Assembly (NCBI GenBank): GCA_963842885.1
Contig: CAWJIE010000002.1
Span: forward strand, 96,001 to 160,000
Length of the DNA stretch: 64,000 nt
Origin: an uncultured Nitrososphaerota archaeon
GTDB taxonomy: Archaea > Thermoproteota > Nitrososphaeria > Conexivisphaerales > DTJL01
Direction: 5' to 3'
Shown: positions 59,194-64,000 of the stretch, one piece after another
Numbering within the stretch: position 1 is the first letter of the stretch
Layout: each line of letters starts with the position of its first letter
Made by a program: the position numbers and the translations under genes
Notes under the pieces: generated by a model
What the model saw: the letters and a program-made list of their open reading frames with translations, nothing else
Database searches by the model: none
What the model was told of the DNA's origin: nothing

Positions 59194-59898
59194 TTGGACG
59201 CGATGCAGGTTAAGCGATTGTTCAGGGACCTGAAAGGTTGGGACAGCGAACGAGATCAGCTCTCTCCTCAATTGCGCGCTTTCTCAGCCCAGCAACGTCT
59301 GGACTTGGTTCGTCAGGTATCCCCAAGGGGGAAGATGATCCTTGATGCGGGTTGTGGCGAAGGTCGCCTATCTCTAGAATTGTTCAGAAACGGAGCCAAA
59401 TGCGTCTTCGCTGTGGACCTCTCGTCAGAGGTCATGAAGAGGGCGGGCGAAAGGGCAATGATTTACGGCTATGATTTGAACCTGGTCCGTTGCGATATCG
59501 AAAGGCTGCCATTGGTGTCTGAAACCTTCGACATTTCAGCTTGCTTGGACACATTTGTCCACCTCCCCAATCCAAGGCGCGGAATGCAAGAGCTCTCAAG
59601 GGTCACTAAGAGGGAGGGCAAGATAGCCGTCAACATGACCAACAGGAACCCTATCTGGTACATCTCCATCTTCGGGCTTTCGGGCATTGTTCGTTTCTTC
59701 AAAGGCGTCCTCCTCTACTACTTTCCCGAACCCTTCGTCATGCTTCTTTCAAAGCTCACACGAAGACCATATTTGGGAAGGCATATGTCTAGGAAGGAGT
59801 TTGTGAGCCTGTTCAGAGGATTAACTCTCGAAGCATTCAAAGAATACGGTTTGAGGTCATCGGTGTACTTCTTAGCTATTGCAAAGAAGCATCCTTGA
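59194..59898 (+). CDS. Class I SAM-dependent methyltransferase
   Basis: ILDAGCGEG, AVDLS, D..RLP..FD motifs. Confidence 0.92.
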   Translation: MDAMQVKRLFRDLKGWDSERDQLSPQLRAFSAQQRLDLVRQVSPRGKMILDAGCGEGRLSLELFRNGAKCVFAVDLSSEVMKRAGERAMIYGYDLNLVRCDIERLPLVSETFDISACLDTFVHLPNPRRGMQELSRVTKREGKIAVNMTNRNPIWYISIFGLSGIVRFFKGVLLYYFPEPFVMLLSKLTRRPYLGRHMSRKEFVSLFRGLTLEAFKEYGLRSSVYFLAIAKKHP

Positions 59899-59966
59899 TT
59901 CGAATTGGAGGAACCTGATTCTCAACCGAGATAGAAATATAAGGTCCAACTCCCCTTCTTGCTCTA

Positions 59967-60803
59967 TTGCCGGTTGGTGTAACGGAGCCTGTCACCATCA
60001 GCGTATCTGACCATGTGTCTTTGAGGCTCTATCCTGACTCACGACCTCACTTTTTGGAGAACGCAACACTTCAGAAGGGCTTGGTGTTGGTGTTCGATGG
60101 AGAAGAGCTCATCGAAGAAGGCATGGGTCTAGGAACGCCCGTAGTCAGGTACTCCAACGACACATACTTCTCAAGCTCCGCCCACACCTTCATTGAGCAT
60201 GAGGATGACACCAACGAAGTCCTGAAGAAGTCCTTCTTCATCGATTCCGTATCCAGGAAGCGCATCTGGAATGGACCCTTCATCAACGCCCGGATTTACG
60301 ACATCATTCATCTTGCATTTGCCCGAGCGTATGTTTCAAAAGGGCATCCCAATAGATTCTTGACCAAGCTGATTGAAATGAGGAGGGCTCTAGGAATACG
60401 CACACAGTTTATTCAAACCCAGTCAAAGGGGAAGGTCACGATCAGCTACAGACGGATGTCCAACGTCATCCAGGTGCGTGCTGACTTGAGTGAACTGCAC
60501 AGATCAGGGTGTGTGGAAATCGTCATCATGAATGAAGCTGGATCGACATTCTTCACGAAGTATACAGATCGAAATGGTCTGGAGCTAGTAAATGATGAAA
60601 TTGGGGCGTGGAACAAGGTCGAAGCTTCGGAGGCTTCTCTCTCAGACGTCAGCGGGACCCTGCTCTTCAGTCTGAAGAAGACGGAGGGGGCCGATTTGTA
60701 TAGGGGATGGGAACGGGTCAGAGGACGTCTCTCCTGGGCTGGATTGAGCTACTCCCTAAGAGCTTGGAAGCCGGTCTTCGAGTACTACATCAGAATAAGG
60801 TGA
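59967..60803 (+). CDS. Hypothetical protein
   Basis: 278-aa ORF; EEGMGLGTPV and RLSWAGL segments; co-oriented in an apparent operon. Confidence 0.75.
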   Translation: MPVGVTEPVTISVSDHVSLRLYPDSRPHFLENATLQKGLVLVFDGEELIEEGMGLGTPVVRYSNDTYFSSSAHTFIEHEDDTNEVLKKSFFIDSVSRKRIWNGPFINARIYDIIHLAFARAYVSKGHPNRFLTKLIEMRRALGIRTQFIQTQSKGKVTISYRRMSNVIQVRADLSELHRSGCVEIVIMNEAGSTFFTKYTDRNGLELVNDEIGAWNKVEASEASLSDVSGTLLFSLKKTEGADLYRGWERVRGRLSWAGLSYSLRAWKPVFEYYIRIR

Positions 60804-60808
60804 CAAGT

Positions 60809-62159
60809 ATGGTTGACCTCCTTCTAATCTACCCCTACTACAACGACAACAATTCGATCTTCAAATTCCCCCCTCTCGGTGTCGGCTATATTGCCTCCTA
60901 CGTGAAGAAACATGGCTATTCCGTGTCTATCATGGACTGTACGTTCATGCGTGAACAGGACGCCGTAACCAAAGCAAGAAGCATGAAGCCTAGAGTCATC
61001 GGGATCTACTCGATGCTGAGCATGAAAGGGACGGCAATCAGATTAGCCAAAGCGCTGAAAGGTCAAGCCGAATTGACGATCGCCGGCGGACCCCTGCCGA
61101 CATCTTCGCCCGAATCGTTCCTGGACGATTTCGACATAGTAGTCCTTCGCGAGGGTGAAGAAACGGTACTTGAAATCCTTGCCGCTCTCGATAAGGGTAG
61201 GGGCATTTTCGAGGTCGATGGCATAGCGTACAGGGGCCATGACGGATCCACTGTCAAGACACCCGCCCGAAGATTGAACCCGGACTTGGATTCCCTGCCC
61301 TTTCCGGAAAGAGAGATGTATGACCATGAGAGGTACAAGAGCTATTATCGAAGGCACCATGGTTACACAATCACCTCAATCATGACTTCGAGAGGGTGTC
61401 CGTTCGACTGTGACTTCTGCAGCCGTCCGGTCTTTGGGAACGTCTTCAGGAGTAGGTCCGCCGCAAACATAGTCGATGAAATGGAGACGATCAAGGAATA
61501 TGGCTATGACAGGATATGGATAGCCGACGACATCTTTCCTCTCACCAAGAAGATCGGTCTTAGAGCTCTGTGACGAGATAACGAAAAGAAGGCTGGGCAT
61601 TTCGTGGGAATGCCTCTGCAGGTCGGACCTTCTGGATTTGGAAATCGCGTCAAAGATGAAGGCTTCCGGATGTCGTCGCGTCTTCTTCGGCCTGGAGTCA
61701 GGGAACAATGAGGTTCTAAAACTGATGAGGAAGCGCATCACCACCAGCCAAGCTCGAGAGGCGGTGAAGACGGTGAACTCCGTTGGGATCAGGGCTGGGG
61801 CATTCTTCATACTGGGCTATCCTGGAGAGTCAAACGATACCATGCTCGACACGATGAGGTTTGCCTCGTCCCTCCCGTTGGACTACCTTTCGTTCACCGT
61901 GCCATATCCGCTCCCCGGCACCGCGCTCTTTGAAAGACTCAAGGATAGGATGTCGGTCGATGAGTGGAAGAAGCCAAAACCAGCTTTCCTTGACCATGTC
62001 CTTCTCTACAGGTCTGAGTTCTCCATGAGCAAGTTGAGATTCGGTATCATCATGGCGACGTCTCAGCACTTGTTGAGAAAACACCTCGGTCCAGGATATC
62101 CCTTAGTGGGGAAACCCATTGACGTCGTTACTGACCGCATCTTCACGGCACTAAGGTAA
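60809..62159 (+). CDS. B12-binding radical SAM protein, frameshifted near 61561
   Basis: PPLGVGYIAS, GGP, EGEE and SRGCPFDCDFC; continues ELCDE..FGLESG..FFILGYPGE in another frame. Confidence 0.9.
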
Positions 62160-62403
62160 GGATCTAACCTGTTCTGTTCCAAGGCTCCGGTCCATCATAG
62201 CCATCTTGAGCGGCTCGCCAAGTCCAAGAGTTCGACCACCGGGGCCTGATGCTGGGGGTAGGCTGCAGCCGCCGAGCGTCTAATTGAAATATGTAATCTG
62301 GTTCATGGAGGGAAGAGCGGCGGGAGCATGACGGAGACGTCTTGAGGGAACTCCATTCGGTCAGGGGTGACTAACGCTGGCGTCGACGGTTTCATACCTC
62401 CTC

Positions 62404-64000
62404 ATGACGTGGCTCTCCGCCTCTACATACATGCTTTCGGGCTACACCCTGGTGACTGCGGCATCCCGCCTGGCCCGGGCGCTGGGAGCCCGCGTCAATC
62501 CCTTGCCGCTGCACAAGCTCGCCTCCGGCCTCGTCGCCGCGGTCTTCCTGGTCTGCGTCTCCAGCTTCCCCTTCAGGGTCGGCCTGGGCTCCATGGGCCC
62601 CTACCTTGACACGGTCGGGTCTCTCCTTGCGCTCCTCGGCGTCATCGGTGTGGCGGCTCCTGGCTGAACGACCTGAGGGGGTCGGGCGCGCTGGCGGAAG
62701 GTCACGCCGGAAAGCGTCGTATACGGAGCCGTCCTCGTCTCTCTTCTGGTGGTCATCTCCTACTTCTTCGTCACCCAGTCCGTCGACACGAACTACGACT
62801 TCTACTACGCCAACTACAAGGCGATAGGCTGGGCGCTCCACGACGGCAACATGGCGAACCCCCTTCTGCAGCCCCTGTACGACCAGAGGGGGTTCCCCGC
62901 CTACTGGAGCTACGTGGCCCTCGACGGGGTCCTCGGCCAGGGGGCCTCTCTGTTTTCGGTCATGCTGGCGGCCCTGCTGCCCTCTGCCTGACCGTCTACG
63001 CCTTCGCAAAGGAGCATCTTCGGTAGGAAGGTCGGGATGGCCGCCTCCCTGGTGGTCCTCGCCTCGCCGCTCACCTTCCTCTATTCGTACAGGGGCCTCG
63101 ACATGGACCTGTTGTCTATTCGGCTGTGTTCCTGGCCTTCTACGCCACGCTGAAGGCCCTGCGAAGGGACGAGGGCTCCTGTCGGCTGGGGCCTCCTGGC
63201 GGGCGTCTCCTCCGGGGTGGCGCTGATGGCCGACCCGAAGGGGTTCATCGTCCTCCTCCTGATCCCCACGGCCGTCGTGATTTCCGTGGGCAAGAGGGCG
63301 GCGAAGGCGCTCTGGGCGGCTGCGGTCTACGTGCTTCCTGGCGTACGAGGTCGTCGGCCCCGTCGCATAGAGCCGGCCTCCCCATGGGCCTACTGCCCTG
63401 TCCTGCTGCGGTGCTGGCGGTCCCCTTCGTCGTCCTCTTCGGCGTGATGACTAGGTCAGCGGAGGAGGAAGGGCTTCCTCTCCGTGAACCCAGGAGCGCC
63501 TGGCCTTCGGTCTGGGCGTCGCGCCTGCAGCTGGTATGGACTGCCTTCTTCGGCTACCTCCAGCTCTGCCTCCATCCTGTCCCGGGGCTTTCCGTGCCCG
63601 TCGGAATCTCCTACGTTACCAGCATCTGGTCAACGCGCCGAACATGCTCTATGCCGTGCTGGGCGTCATCTCCTATCCCCTTCTATGGTGTCCCTCTCGA
63701 CCATCCTCGGCCTTTCGGTCGCCATCTACGCCCTCGTTAGGCGCGGGAGACCTACCTGGCCCAGCTCTTCGCCTTCGCTCGTGGTGGTCGTCTCAGCGTC
63801 TACGTCTTCGCCTGGGGGGAGCATCGGCGCGGACAACTGGAGGTACTTCTACCTGATCGTCCCCTTCATCGCGATCCTGATGGCGAAGGGCTCGCTCGAA
63901 TCGGGGGGAGGAGAGGCTTGTCCCGCTCTCGGCCGCGTTCGCCGCGGCCTACGTCTTCACGATGGTGCCGGCAGCCCTGGACTTCAACGCCAGCTCACTC
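62404..64000 (+). pseudogene. Multi-TM ArnT/PMT-like glycosyltransferase with several frameshifts, running off the window
   Basis: Hydrophobic segments in alternating frames (NPLLQPLY, FGRKVGMAASLVVLASP, GVALMADPKG). Confidence 0.55.

Noticed and set aside
48865-62389. 16-nt exact match ACGCTGGCGTCGACGG at 48865 and 62374
   Set aside because: Only two copies, GC-rich, with no extended similarity; may be chance.

Overview
GC-rich archaeal DNA, most consistent with a non-ammonia-oxidising Nitrososphaerota (Thaumarchaeota) lineage; this is inferred from a Ser-type thaumarchaeosortase-like gene, PEF-CTERM proteins, a CdvB/ESCRT-III paralog and archaeal AsnA. It is an accessory region of about 65 mostly unrelated genes (transporters, secreted/membrane hypotheticals, sortases, regulators, enzymes) plus many gene fragments. 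I found no rRNA, full tRNA, CRISPR array, transposase or integrase. The main signal is non-coding. About 40 copies of six short imperfect-hairpin modules (called A-F here) sit between 1-4-gene blocks and join in different combinations. Several show compensatory or G.T-wobble substitutions on one strand. Their polarity flips once, at about 8.0-8.5 kb, and they coincide with truncation and duplication breakpoints. This looks like a gene-cassette or site-specific recombination array that does not match canonical integron attC; the recombinase is not in this window. Several single-base frameshifts may be sequencing errors. All alignments were done by eye and no databases were searched.
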